A DNA stretch of 64,000 bases from Actinomycetota bacterium (GCA_016870935.1 VGAB01000001.1:10327-74326); one strand, 5' to 3'. Positions 20,064-30,012 are shown, numbered from the stretch's first letter. Program-made: numbers and translations. The notes: generated by a model from the letters alone, not told the origin.

Positions 20064-20561
20064 TTAACGGTCGGGGTTATCTTCGACCAGACACTCGACC
20101 ACGCGCGCATCGACGGCGTCGATCAACACGAGACCCCGTTGCAATGGCGGCTCTTGCGCGCTGTAACACATCACCCGCCAAGTCGGTCGACTTCTGAAAC
20201 CGCGCCAAACTTGTTGCGCCGACGCATGCCCGACGGCGAAGCCCACCGCGCGGGTCGCGTGAACCAGCGCGAGTTTTTCATCCACGGTCATGCGCCAAGA
20301 CGCCGACAAAGAAAATGCGCCGACCAATGCGAGCAGCACCGCCGCGCCGAGAAAACCACGGCTTACCAAACCCGACTCGCTAGAGCCTTTCAAGAACCAG
20401 AGCAGTGCCGAAACCGCGGCGAGACACATATATATGACTGCCGGAATACGACGCCGACTGTTGTCGGGAAACTTGTAGGGGCCGACGAAAGCCGAGACAT
20501 TGAGATCTTCGGGTAGCTCGTCGCGAATCTCGTCACGAGAGTCTTTTTCTTTATCCGCCAT
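20064..20561 (-). CDS. Hypothetical membrane protein (acidic N-terminus, 2 predicted TMs)
   Basis: Start placed at MADKEKDSRDEIRDELPEDL. The upstream 86 codons of the track ORF overlap the HIT gene. I recognise no motif. Confidence 0.5.
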   Translation of the reverse strand: MADKEKDSRDEIRDELPEDLNVSAFVGPYKFPDNSRRRIPAVIYMCLAAVSALLWFLKGSSESGLVSRGFLGAAVLLALVGAFSLSASWRMTVDEKLALVHATRAVGFAVGHASAQQVWRGFRSRPTWRVMCYSAQEPPLQRGLVLIDAVDARVVECLVEDNPDR

Positions 20562-20572
20562 GATCTCGCCGC

Positions 20573-21085
20573 TCAACTTTGCTTGGCCCAGGCCTGCCTG
20601 ATTCGATCGGCGCTCACATCGAGCGCCTCGGGCAAAATTTTGGTGTTCGCAGTGGTGACCATGAAGTTGGTGTCGCCACCCCAACGCCCCACAACATGCA
20701 CATGCAGGTGCTGGGCGATGCTGCCGCCCGCCGCCTCGCCCAGGTTGATGCCGACATTCATCGCCTCGGGTTTGTAGACAATTTTGAGCACCTTCACCGC
20801 CGTGGTCACGGTAGACCAAAGTTCGGCGGTTTCGGCAGGATCAAGGTCTTCCAGATTCGCAACCTCGCGATAAGGCACCACCAGCAGATGACCCGACGTG
20901 TATGGAAACGCGTTCATCAGGGCAAAGACCTTTGCCCCGCGGTGCACGATGTAACTCTGCTCGTCGGTCAGGTCGCTGCGCAAGATTTGCGTGAAGATCG
21001 AAACGTCCGATTTCTTTTGAGCACCCTGTCCGTGCACGACGTACTCGGCGCGCCAGCCGTTCCAGATTCGCTCGAGCATGCTCAC
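20573..21085 (-). CDS. HIT family protein (Ap4A phosphorylase/hydrolase-like)
   Basis: 170 aa. Histidine triad HLHVHVV. Located downstream of thrS, as with M. tuberculosis Rv2613c. Confidence 0.85.
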   Translation of the reverse strand: MSMLERIWNGWRAEYVVHGQGAQKKSDVSIFTQILRSDLTDEQSYIVHRGAKVFALMNAFPYTSGHLLVVPYREVANLEDLDPAETAELWSTVTTAVKVLKIVYKPEAMNVGINLGEAAGGSIAQHLHVHVVGRWGGDTNFMVTTANTKILPEALDVSADRIRQAWAKQS

Positions 21086-23053
21086 TCAGCCGACATCCGC
21101 GGCTAGTTGCTCGATGAAATTGGCAAGACCGACATCTCGTCGAACCTCGCCGCCCCGAGGGTTGACGCCGACGGTCGAGTTTTTGACATCATCGTCGCCC
21201 ACCACCAGCACGTAAGGAATTCGCTCGAGTTTCGAGGCACGAATTCGTTTGCCCAACTGTTCGTCGGCGACAAGTTGATCGACGCGATAACCCGACTTGG
21301 TCAACTGATCGACGACCTGCGACGCGTAACCCTCGTGGGCCGACGCCACGGCGAGCACGCGCACCTGCACCGGCGCGAGCCATGTCGGGAATGACCCGCC
21401 ATAGTGCTCGAGCAGCACGCCGAAGAATCTTTCGATCGAACCAAACAACGCCCGATGCAACATGATCGGGCGCCTTCTCGAATTGTCGCTGGCGATGTAT
21501 TCAAGACCGAAACGCTCGGGCAGGTTGAAGTCGCATTGAATCGTGCTCAACTGCCACTTGCGGCCGATCGCGTCGCGCACGTCGATGTCGATCTTGGGTC
21601 CGTAGAAAGCGGCGTCTCCGGGCGAGACGGAATATTGCAACCCATGGCGGTTCAACGCCTCGGTTAGCGCGTCGGTGGCTTTCTGCCAGATCGCATCCGA
21701 CCCGACCGACTTTTCGGCGTTGCGCGTGCTCAACTTGAAATCGAATTCTGTGAAACCGAACCTGCGCAAAACGCTGAGCACGAAGTCGAGCAACGAGGTG
21801 ATCTCGTCGGCCATTTGTTCTTCGGTGCAGAAAATATGGCTGTCGTCCTGGGTGAAGCCGCGAATTCGCAGCAAGCCGTGCAACGTGCCGGCCCGCTCGT
21901 AGCGGTAGACCGTGCCCAACTCGAAAAGGCGAAGCGGAAGCTCTCGATAGCTGCGTTGGCGGTCTCGATAGATCAGGCAGTGCATCGGACAATTCATCGG
22001 CTTGGGGTAATAGACGCCGTTGTCCATCTCCATCGGCGGATACATGCCGTCTTTGTAGAACTGCAGGTGACCCGACGTCTCGAACAGATGCGCGTTCGCC
22101 AAATGCGGGGTGAAAACAAATTTGTACCCGCCGTTTTGATGGCGTTCGCGACTGTAGTCCTCCATCAATTTTCGCACGATCGCGCCCTTCGGGTGCCAGA
22201 CCGCGAGCCCGCCGCCCAACTCCTGCGGAAACGAGAGCAGATCCATTTCGACGGCCAATCGACGGTGGTCGCGTTTTTCCGCCTCTTCGAGCCTGTGCAG
22301 GTGCTCGGCGAGCGCCGACTTCGACTCCCACGCGGTGCCGTAGATGCGCTGCAACATCGGCCCCTTCTCGTTGCCGCGCCAATACGCGCCGGCCACTTTC
22401 ATCAACGCGAAGTGACCGAGACGACTGGTCGAGGGCACGTGCGGGCCGCGACACAAGTCGACGAAGGTCTCGCTGTTGCGATAGACGCTCACCGCGTCGG
22501 CGCTGCCCGCCTCGAGGGCATCGGTCGAGTCGGCGTCACCTTTCGTTACGCGCTCGATGATTTCGCACTTGTACGGCTGATCTTTGAACAGTTTCAGGGC
22601 CTCGTTCGCGGTCATTTCGGCGCGCACGAACTGCTGATCTGCGTCGACGATTTTTTTCATCTGCGCCTGAATCGCCACCAGGTCGTCGTCGCTGAAAGTT
22701 TTGCCGCCGGGCAGTTCGAAGTCGTAGTAAAACCCGTCTTCAATCGCGGGACCGATCGAGAACTTCGAGCCTTCGAACAACTGCAAGACGGCCTGGGCCA
22801 AAACATGCGCCGTCGAATGACGCAAGACATGACGGCCCGCTTCAGTGTCGGCGGTGATGATCGAGACCCGAGCACCGTCTCTTAACGGCCGATTCAGGTC
22901 GGTTTCGACTCCGTCGATCATCGTGGCGACGGCGGCCTGGGCCAGACGCTTGCCGATCGACGACGCCAAATCGAGCCCGGTCGCACCTGACGCGAGTTCA
23001 CGGGTTGACTCGTCGGGCAGACGAACCGTGATCGTCGAAGCCGCCTTATTCAC
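21086..23053 (-). CDS. thrS: Threonyl-tRNA synthetase
   Basis: 655 aa. TGS N-terminus, editing-domain HVLRHSTAHVLAQAV, and class II core FRYERAGTLHGLLRIRGFTQDD. Confidence 0.95.
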   Translation of the reverse strand: MNKAASTITVRLPDESTRELASGATGLDLASSIGKRLAQAAVATMIDGVETDLNRPLRDGARVSIITADTEAGRHVLRHSTAHVLAQAVLQLFEGSKFSIGPAIEDGFYYDFELPGGKTFSDDDLVAIQAQMKKIVDADQQFVRAEMTANEALKLFKDQPYKCEIIERVTKGDADSTDALEAGSADAVSVYRNSETFVDLCRGPHVPSTSRLGHFALMKVAGAYWRGNEKGPMLQRIYGTAWESKSALAEHLHRLEEAEKRDHRRLAVEMDLLSFPQELGGGLAVWHPKGAIVRKLMEDYSRERHQNGGYKFVFTPHLANAHLFETSGHLQFYKDGMYPPMEMDNGVYYPKPMNCPMHCLIYRDRQRSYRELPLRLFELGTVYRYERAGTLHGLLRIRGFTQDDSHIFCTEEQMADEITSLLDFVLSVLRRFGFTEFDFKLSTRNAEKSVGSDAIWQKATDALTEALNRHGLQYSVSPGDAAFYGPKIDIDVRDAIGRKWQLSTIQCDFNLPERFGLEYIASDNSRRRPIMLHRALFGSIERFFGVLLEHYGGSFPTWLAPVQVRVLAVASAHEGYASQVVDQLTKSGYRVDQLVADEQLGKRIRASKLERIPYVLVVGDDDVKNSTVGVNPRGGEVRRDVGLANFIEQLAADVG

Positions 23054-23078
23054 GCAAACAGTCTAGATTGCGACGGTT

Positions 23079-23801
23079 TTAAATGTGGGTTCGATTTGCG
23101 CTCGAACGCTTTGGCGCGTAGTCGTAGACATACTCTTGCCCGGTCAGCGCCTGAATCTTCGTCATGATCTCGTCGGTCAACTGTCGCAACACCTCTGGGT
23201 CGTCGGCGCGTTCGAGATATTTGCGGGTGTCGATCGGGTCGCCGATCTCGATCTTGCATCGTTTGGCGAACTTCGGCATCACGGTGTCGGGCGCCATGAT
23301 CGCGTCGGTGCCCGTGATGCCAACGGGAAACACGGGGCACCCGAATTTCAGCGCCAATCTCGCCGCGCCCGTTCGGCCCTTGTAAAGCTTGCCGCTCCTG
23401 CTTCGCGTTCCCTCGGGAAAGATGCCGAAGAGTTCGCCGCGCTCGAGCACCCTCTCGACGGCCGTCATCGCCACGGTCGCGCTTTCACCGCCGGTTCGGT
23501 CGAGTGGGATCATGCCGATTTTGGTGAACAACCACCGCGTCTTGAACGAGTCCATGTATTCGCTCTTGCCGACGACCGACATGTTTCGCGGCGAGAAAGT
23601 CAGCAGGAACACCGAGTCGAGAAAACTGATGTGGTTGGCGCAAAGTATCGCCGGCCCCGTAGACGGAATTTTCTCGAAACCCACGAGCGTGAATCGCCAC
23701 AAACTCTTCGCCGTAAATCGGCAAAATGGCCTGAAGCGCGTCTGGAATTTCGTCGCCCCGACATATTTGGACGGGTCGAAACTGACTTTCTTCGCGTTCA
23801 T
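23079..23801 (-). CDS. 1-acyl-sn-glycerol-3-phosphate acyltransferase family (PlsC-like)
   Basis: 240 aa. NHISFLD (HX4D) and FPEGTRS motifs. Confidence 0.8.
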   Translation of the reverse strand: MNAKKVSFDPSKYVGATKFQTRFRPFCRFTAKSLWRFTLVGFEKIPSTGPAILCANHISFLDSVFLLTFSPRNMSVVGKSEYMDSFKTRWLFTKIGMIPLDRTGGESATVAMTAVERVLERGELFGIFPEGTRSRSGKLYKGRTGAARLALKFGCPVFPVGITGTDAIMAPDTVMPKFAKRCKIEIGDPIDTRKYLERADDPEVLRQLTDEIMTKIQALTGQEYVYDYAPKRSSANRTHI

Positions 23802-24958
23802 GATTGGGTTGTTTCGACTTTCTTCGACCGCTGGTCGAGGTCAATGCCGAGCAGGCTCGCGCCCGCAGCAACACTTTGCCCCGCGGCGGCAGTCGCGTCA
23901 AGTGCGGCGATCGCCGCGGGCGTGTTCAAATCGTCGTCTAGGGCGTGGCGAACCGCGTCAAGTCCCGCCCGCCCGTCACCAGACTTGGCGTTTGACCACG
24001 ACGCCAGGCGTTTCTCGGCCGCCTGCATCGACGACGGGGTCCATTCCCATTCGGTGCGATAGTGATTGGCGATCAAGGCCAGACGAATCGCCCGCGGATC
24101 GTGGATCTGGCGCAAACGATCCACGAATTCGAGGTTGCCGAGGCTCTTCGACATCTTGCTGCCGTTCATGAACACCATCGCGACATGCATCCAGTGGCGA
24201 ACGAACAATTCTCCGGTCGCCGCCTCTGATTGGGCTCGCTCGCATTCGTGATGAGGAAAGATCAGGTCGCTCCCCCCGCCGTGGAGGTCGATCGTCGTGC
24301 CGAGTTCGCGCAGGGCGAGCGCCGAGCATTCGATATGCCAACCGGGCCGACCCGGCCCCCACATCGTGTTCCAACTCGGTTCGTCGGCGGCCGAGGGTTG
24401 CCACAGCACGAAATCGAGCGGGTTTCTTTTGTGCGGATCCTCGATGTTGCCGCCGCGCTCGGCGGCGAGCCGTTTCATCGTCTGTTGGTCGTAATTCGAG
24501 ACGCTGCCGAACGAACCGAACTTCGTGACATCAAAGTAGACGCTGCCACCGGCCTGATAGGCGAAGCCCCGGTCGAGCACCATGCCGATGAACCCCCTGA
24601 TGTCGGCGATCGCCGACGACGCGCGCGGAGTGCTGTAGACATCCAGTGCGTTGAGAGCCTTCATGTCGGCCTCGAACCTCGCCTCCTCCCCCGCCGCCAG
24701 ATCCAGATAATGAACGCCGAGTTCGCGCGCCTTGGCGAACAACGGATCGTCGATGTCGGTGACGTTGCGAACGCACTTGATAGTGTGCCCCGCGTCGATC
24801 AATCGGCGCTGCAGGACATCGTAAGAGATGAAGGTGAACGCGTGGCCGATGTGGGTCGCGTCATACGGCGTGATGCCGCAGGTGTACATCAATATTTGTT
24901 TGCCTGGCGAAAAATCTACGACACTCCTTTTTGCGGTGTCATACAGCTTCATCGTCAA
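23798..24958 (-). CDS. mshC: Cysteine:1D-myo-inosityl 2-amino-2-deoxy-alpha-D-glucopyranoside ligase (mycothiol ligase MshC)
   Basis: 386 aa. CysRS-like core (CGITPYDATHIGHA, NVTDIDDPLF, KMSKSLGN). It is too short for CysRS and lacks the anticodon-binding domain. The C-terminal LDDDLNTPAAIAALD matches MshC as I recall it. Confidence 0.75.
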   Translation of the reverse strand: MTMKLYDTAKRSVVDFSPGKQILMYTCGITPYDATHIGHAFTFISYDVLQRRLIDAGHTIKCVRNVTDIDDPLFAKARELGVHYLDLAAGEEARFEADMKALNALDVYSTPRASSAIADIRGFIGMVLDRGFAYQAGGSVYFDVTKFGSFGSVSNYDQQTMKRLAAERGGNIEDPHKRNPLDFVLWQPSAADEPSWNTMWGPGRPGWHIECSALALRELGTTIDLHGGGSDLIFPHHECERAQSEAATGELFVRHWMHVAMVFMNGSKMSKSLGNLEFVDRLRQIHDPRAIRLALIANHYRTEWEWTPSSMQAAEKRLASWSNAKSGDGRAGLDAVRHALDDDLNTPAAIAALDATAAAGQSVAAGASLLGIDLDQRSKKVETTQS

Positions 24959-25626
24959 ACGGCGTCACCACGAACGGGAATACCCGTGAGTCTCGGCGCG
25001 ACACGGGTCTTGTATCGCACATTCAACTGCAACAGCACCGCGGTGAACGCTTCGATCGCCAAGGCGTTCGACAATGTGCCCGAGTTCAACGGTCGACAGC
25101 CGGGAATCTTGGCGACGATCTCGCAAACCGTTGCGGTCGCCGTCGGGTCGTCCGAACAAATCAAGACATCGCTGTCGACCTCGTGCCCAAGACGACCAAG
25201 TTCGGTCGCCGGCAAGTGCTGAAATGCGGCGACGACCCTCGACAGCGGAATCTCGGCTTGCACATGGGCGGCGATGCTGCCTCGCGGCGGCACCAGCGGC
25301 TGAAACTCTTTGCCGACTCGCACCAGTGCGTTGGCCATCGTCACCACGATTTTTCCGGCGAGATCCTGCACATGTTCGTTGACGACGGTCGCCGCCGAGT
25401 CCCACGGTGTGGCGATCACGACGAGATCGCATTTTGCCGCCGCATCGTTGTCGCCGCCCGAGAGATTCAACTTGTAATCGGGCCACTTTTTCTTCAGTTC
25501 GCCACAGACCGTTTGCGCCTTGTTCGCGTCGCGCGAACCCAGGATCACCTCGTAACCGACCGATGCCAGACGCAAACCGAGCGCGCCCCCGGCAGGACCA
25601 GTGCCGCCAAGCAAGCCGATGCGCAT
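24955..25626 (-). CDS. npdG: NADPH-dependent F420 reductase (NpdG/FNO-like)
   Basis: MRIGLLGGTGPAGGALGLRLASVGYEVILGSRD is a Rossmann N-terminus typical of this family. An alternative TTG start lies at 25635. Confidence 0.65.
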   Translation of the reverse strand: MRIGLLGGTGPAGGALGLRLASVGYEVILGSRDANKAQTVCGELKKKWPDYKLNLSGGDNDAAAKCDLVVIATPWDSAATVVNEHVQDLAGKIVVTMANALVRVGKEFQPLVPPRGSIAAHVQAEIPLSRVVAAFQHLPATELGRLGHEVDSDVLICSDDPTATATVCEIVAKIPGCRPLNSGTLSNALAIEAFTAVLLQLNVRYKTRVAPRLTGIPVRGDAV

Positions 25627-25668
25627 ACTCCGCAACGATATCTGTTCAGAGCAACTACCGTTGAGCGC

Positions 25669-26436
25669 GTGGGTATTCTCGCGGGCAAAAATCTGGTGAT
25701 CACCGGCGTGCTGACCGACGCGTCATTGGCATTTGGTGTCGCCCAACTCGCCCAACAAGAGGGCGCGAAGATCGTTCTCACGGGCGCGGGTCGCGGCCTT
25801 TCGATCACGCAGCGCGCCGCAAAAAAACTGCCGATGCAGGTCGAAGTAGTCGAGTTCGATGTGACCGTCGATGAACACACGGTCAACGCACGAGATTCGG
25901 TGAAAAAAATTCTCGGGTCGGTCGACGGCGTCCTGCACTCGATCGGGTTCGCGCCGGCGGCATGCCTCGGCGACGACTTCATGAAGGCGTCTTGGCAGGA
26001 TGTTTCGACCGCGCTGCAGATTTCGGCCTATTCGTTGAAGACTTTGGCCGACGCCTTCGTTCCTCTGATGACCGCGGGTGGTTCGATCGTCGGTCTCGAC
26101 TTCGACAACACCGTCGCCTGGCCGGCATACAACTGGATGGGCGTGGCCAAGTCGGCGCTCGAGAGCACGAACCGCTACCTGGCCAAGGCCCTCGGGCCGA
26201 AGAATATTCGCTGCAATTTGATCGCGGCGGGCCCGATACGAACCATGGCGGCGAAGTCAATACCGTCTTTCGCCGCCTTCGAGGACATTTGGGACAAACG
26301 CGCCCCGCTCGGCTGGAATGTCAACGACTCGACACCCGTGGCGCGCAGCGCGGTGGCGCTGTTGAGCGATTGGTTTCCTTCGACGACCGGCGAGATCATT
26401 CATGTCGATGGCGGTTTTCACTCAACGGGTGCCTGA
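25669..26436 (+). CDS. fabI: Enoyl-[acyl-carrier-protein] reductase (NADH), InhA-type FabI
   Basis: GTG start at 25669. ILAGKNLVITGVLTDASLAFGVAQLAQQEGAKIVLTG, YNWMGVAKSALES and PIRTMAAKSIP align closely with M. tuberculosis InhA from memory. The upstream 246 codons of the 501-aa track ORF are antisense to npdG. Confidence 0.85.
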   Translation: MGILAGKNLVITGVLTDASLAFGVAQLAQQEGAKIVLTGAGRGLSITQRAAKKLPMQVEVVEFDVTVDEHTVNARDSVKKILGSVDGVLHSIGFAPAACLGDDFMKASWQDVSTALQISAYSLKTLADAFVPLMTAGGSIVGLDFDNTVAWPAYNWMGVAKSALESTNRYLAKALGPKNIRCNLIAAGPIRTMAAKSIPSFAAFEDIWDKRAPLGWNVNDSTPVARSAVALLSDWFPSTTGEIIHVDGGFHSTGA

Positions 26437-26439
26437 CCG

Positions 26440-27996
26440 TTGAAAAATATTGCTCGCAATATCCGCAAATTCGTCGCGAGTGTCGCCACGTTCTCGACGG
26501 TTTCGATCGGCATCGTCACGGTCTCGGGGTCTTCGCCGGTCTCGGCCGCGACTGGCAACAAAGACTTCGCCCTCGACGAACAGTGGGGTCTGCAGGTCAC
26601 CAACGTCAGGGATGTTTGGCCAATCAGCACGGGGGTCGGAGTCATCGTGGCGGTCGTCGACTCGGGTTCGGGGCCCAATCCCGACTTGAACCAGAACCTT
26701 CTGCCAGGGCGATCGATCGTCAGGGGTCGAAACGAAGATAGCGCGACCGACGTCGACATGACGGGCCATGGCAGCCACGTCGCGGGAATCATCGCGGCTC
26801 AAATGAACAACGACATCGGTATCGCCGGGGTCGCGCCCAACGCGCAAATCTTGCCGATACGAATTCTCGACTCGCGCGGCAACGGCTCTGAAAACGATCT
26901 TGCCGCCGCGATCAGACTTGCCGTCGATCAAGGCGCGAGAGTCATCAACCTCTCGCTCGGTGGAAAAAGCCAAACCAACGCGCTGCAGTCGGCTCTCGAA
27001 TACGCCGCCAGCAAGTCGGTATTGGTTGTCGCCGCTGCGGGCAACGGGGGCCCGAATGCCGACACGACATACCCTGCGGGCAACGACCTGACAATCGCCG
27101 TCACGGCGGTAGATCTAACCTTGAACTCGCCATCATTCGCCCAACGCGGCTCTTACATCGACATCTCGGCGCCGGGCATCAACATCTGCTCGACGATTCG
27201 CACCGATGTCACGGTCGACCCGGCACGACGATGCGCGGGTGCGAACGAACCATATTTGAACATGAGCGGCACCTCGATGGCGGCGGCGTTCGTCAGCGGT
27301 GTCGCCGCGCTCGTGCTCGGCGCCAGACCCAACTACACGGCGCAGCAGGTTCGCGAAGTCATGGTCGCGACCGCGCGCGACCTCGGTCTGGCGGGTCGCG
27401 ACGAAACCTTCGGGGTCGGGCTGGTCGACGCCTACGCAATTTTCAAGAGCCTCGGGTACTTTCCCGACAAAATTGTTTTTCCAACCGTCTCATCACTGGG
27501 TCGTGTCGGCGAAGAATCCGTGGGTGGCACGGTGCAGATTCCGGAAAGCGAGAGACTGCAGTGGTATCGATGTCTCTCGCCCGGCGAGGAGACGCTGGTG
27601 ATCCCGATCGACTGCGAGGCGATTTCGCGCGCCCAGCGAGCCGTGTATCGTCCAGTTCGAAAAGACATCGACGCGTTCTTGCGATTCGCAACCCTCGTCA
27701 CCGTGAACGGTGTCCCACAGTTGCGGTTCTCGGCGACGACACCGAAGATTACGGCGATCTGGACGTCGATCTCGACACTCGAGGTCGGCGGAAGTGTCCC
27801 GATCAAAGATTTGGTGGTCAGCGCGTCGTCGGGTTCGACGACGGCGCGGGTTGTCTCAGGTCCGTGTCGTGTCACTAAAAATATCCTGACAGCTTTCGAA
27901 ACAGGTGAATGCAAAGTTCGCATTTCCGCGAAGGCTAGACAGCCATACCCGAAGTTGGCGCTGACGGTTGTAATCGCCGTGGTGCAAAAAGTCTGA
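26440..27996 (+). CDS. Secreted subtilisin-like serine protease (peptidase S8) with an uncharacterised ~190-aa C-terminal region
   Basis: 518 aa. Signal/TM N-terminus. Catalytic triad motifs VAVVDSG, GHGSHVAGIIAA and GTSMAAAFVSGVAAL. TTG start 3 nt after the fabI stop. Confidence 0.85.
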   Translation: MKNIARNIRKFVASVATFSTVSIGIVTVSGSSPVSAATGNKDFALDEQWGLQVTNVRDVWPISTGVGVIVAVVDSGSGPNPDLNQNLLPGRSIVRGRNEDSATDVDMTGHGSHVAGIIAAQMNNDIGIAGVAPNAQILPIRILDSRGNGSENDLAAAIRLAVDQGARVINLSLGGKSQTNALQSALEYAASKSVLVVAAAGNGGPNADTTYPAGNDLTIAVTAVDLTLNSPSFAQRGSYIDISAPGINICSTIRTDVTVDPARRCAGANEPYLNMSGTSMAAAFVSGVAALVLGARPNYTAQQVREVMVATARDLGLAGRDETFGVGLVDAYAIFKSLGYFPDKIVFPTVSSLGRVGEESVGGTVQIPESERLQWYRCLSPGEETLVIPIDCEAISRAQRAVYRPVRKDIDAFLRFATLVTVNGVPQLRFSATTPKITAIWTSISTLEVGGSVPIKDLVVSASSGSTTARVVSGPCRVTKNILTAFETGECKVRISAKARQPYPKLALTVVIAVVQKV

Positions 27997-28008
27997 ACTA
28001 GACAACCG

Positions 28009-30012
28009 ATGCCCAACCGACTCGCCAACGAGACCAGCCCGTATCTGCGGCAACATCAGCACAACCCGGTCGACTGGTTCGGCTGGGGCGCCGAGGCGTT
28101 CGCCGAGGCGAAAAACCGTGATGTGCCGGTTCTCCTCTCGGTCGGCTACTCCGCTTGCCATTGGTGCCATGTCATGGCCCACGAATGTTTCGAGGATGCA
28201 GAGACGGCGTCGATGATGAATCGGTTGTTCGTGAACATCAAGGTCGACCGCGAAGAGCGACCAGACGTCGACTCGATCTACATGGACGCGGTGCAGGCGA
28301 TGTCGGGGCGCGGCGGCTGGCCGATGACCGTGTTCATGAGCCACGATGGGAGGCCATTTTTTGGCGGCACATATTTTCCGAAGCCGTCGTTCTTGAAACT
28401 CATGACCGCGGTCGACGACGCCTGGCGAACCCGACGCGCCGAACTCGAGACCAACATGACGGCCTTGACCGAGTCGATCGGTAGAACCGCACAGATCGAA
28501 CCCGACAAGTCGTTGCCTGATCAAACCCTGATCGACAAGGCGTGCGAGAATTTGCTCGAATCTTTCGACCCTCGATGGGGTGGCTTCGGCGCGGCGCCGA
28601 AGTTTCCGAGCACGATGAACATCGACTTGTTGCTGCGCAAACACCGCGCAACGCCGAGCGCGAAACTCGAAACGGTGATCACCACGACGCTCGACGCGAT
28701 GGCCTCGGGCGGAATGTACGACCACTTGGGTGGCGGCTTCGCCAGATACAGCGTCGACGAGAAGTGGCTGGTGCCGCATTTCGAAAAAATGCTGTATGAC
28801 CAGGCGTTGCTGCTGCGCGTCTATGCGCACGCGGCGAAGGTTTTTCCCGAGAGATGCTACGAACAAATCTGCGTCGAGATCGTCGAATACGTGGTGCGCG
28901 ATCTGCGTCACCCCTCGGGCGGATTCTTCAGCGCCGAAGACGCCGACTCGCTCGACGACGAGGGCCACTCGCACGAGGGGCACTTTTATGTTTTCACACC
29001 GAATGAAGTACGAGAGATTTTGCCCCCCGACGAGGCCGAGATTGCACTCGACTATTTCGAAATGACCGAACTCGGCAACTTCGAGGGCAAGAATATTCCG
29101 ACGAGGCTCAATCATCGCGGCGACCTGCGGCGCGACGCGCGACTGAACAGAATCCGCGAGAAACTTCTGAGTGCTCGAGGTCTGCGCACCCGCCCGCTGC
29201 TCGACGACAAAGTTCTCACCGAATGGAACGCGATGATGACGGTTTCTTTGGCCGAGAGCGCATCACTGCTGAATCGACCGCAGTGGTTGGCGCTCGCCGA
29301 ACAGAACGGCGAGTTTTTGCACCAAAACCTGAGGGTGTCGGTCCCAGAAAACAAATTCAAGTGGATGCGCAGTTGGCAAGAGTCGGGCTCGCCCAAGGCC
29401 CGGCACCACGCTTTGGCCGCCGACCTCGCCCACCTGGTCGACGCCTTCACCCGACTCGGCGAGGCGACCGGTCGGGCGATTTGGTTCGAGAGGGCCGCCG
29501 AAGTCGCCGACCAACTGTTGAGCGAATACTGGGACGTGAAGAACGGCGGTTTGTTCACGGTCGCGAACGAAGCCGAGACGCTGGTGGTGCGTCAAAAAGA
29601 TCTGCTCGACAATGCGACCCCCTCGGCCAACTCGACCGCTGCTACGGCGCTGATCAGGCTGGGTTCGATCTTGGGCGACGACCGTTTCGGCGACGCGGCC
29701 GACCAAACATTGCGATTGTTTTCGCGCATCATCGGTGGTGCGCCTAGCGCTTTCGCCAACTTGTTGATGGCCGCGAACCTGAGACACACGGGCCTGACCG
29801 AAATAGTCGTTGCCGGTCGTCGCGACGACCTGGTCGAGGCGGCCAAAGCCTGTTGGCTGCCTGGCGCGGTTTTGGTGCACGGCGAAAGGTTCGATTCACC
29901 GCTGTGGCACGCGAGAACCGACGGCTTGGCCTATGTCTGTCGTGATTATGTCTGCAGTGCCCCCGTCGACAACGCCCAAGCCCTCGTCAAGGCCTTGGGC
30001 GGCGAACCCTAA
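28009..30012 (+). CDS. Thioredoxin-domain protein, DUF255/YyaL family (thioredoxin-like N-domain plus six-hairpin glycosidase-like domain)
   Basis: 667 aa. [18 protein letters not shown]...[20 protein letters not shown] is the family signature. Confidence 0.85.
   Translation: MPNRLANETSPYLRQHQHNPVDWFGWGAEAFAEAKNRDVPVLLSVGYSACHWCHVMAHECFEDAETASMMNRLFVNIKVDREERPDVDSIYMDAVQAMSGRGGWPMTVFMSHDGRPFFGGTYFPKPSFLKLMTAVDDAWRTRRAELETNMTALTESIGRTAQIEPDKSLPDQTLIDKACENLLESFDPRWGGFGAAPKFPSTMNIDLLLRKHRATPSAKLETVITTTLDAMASGGMYDHLGGGFARYSVDEKWLVPHFEKMLYDQALLLRVYAHAAKVFPERCYEQICVEIVEYVVRDLRHPSGGFFSAEDADSLDDEGHSHEGHFYVFTPNEVREILPPDEAEIALDYFEMTELGNFEGKNIPTRLNHRGDLRRDARLNRIREKLLSARGLRTRPLLDDKVLTEWNAMMTVSLAESASLLNRPQWLALAEQNGEFLHQNLRVSVPENKFKWMRSWQESGSPKARHHALAADLAHLVDAFTRLGEATGRAIWFERAAEVADQLLSEYWDVKNGGLFTVANEAETLVVRQKDLLDNATPSANSTAATALIRLGSILGDDRFGDAADQTLRLFSRIIGGAPSAFANLLMAANLRHTGLTEIVVAGRRDDLVEAAKACWLPGAVLVHGERFDSPLWHARTDGLAYVCRDYVCSAPVDNAQALVKALGGEP

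Noticed and set aside
24931-26436. 501-aa plus-strand ORF treated as a single gene
   Set aside because: Only the last 255 codons (from GTG 25669) resemble InhA/FabI. The first half is antisense to the well-supported npdG gene.
27856-29115. 419-aa minus-strand ORF
   Set aside because: Antisense to the end of the S8 protease gene and the DUF255 thioredoxin-domain gene, both of which carry clear family signatures.
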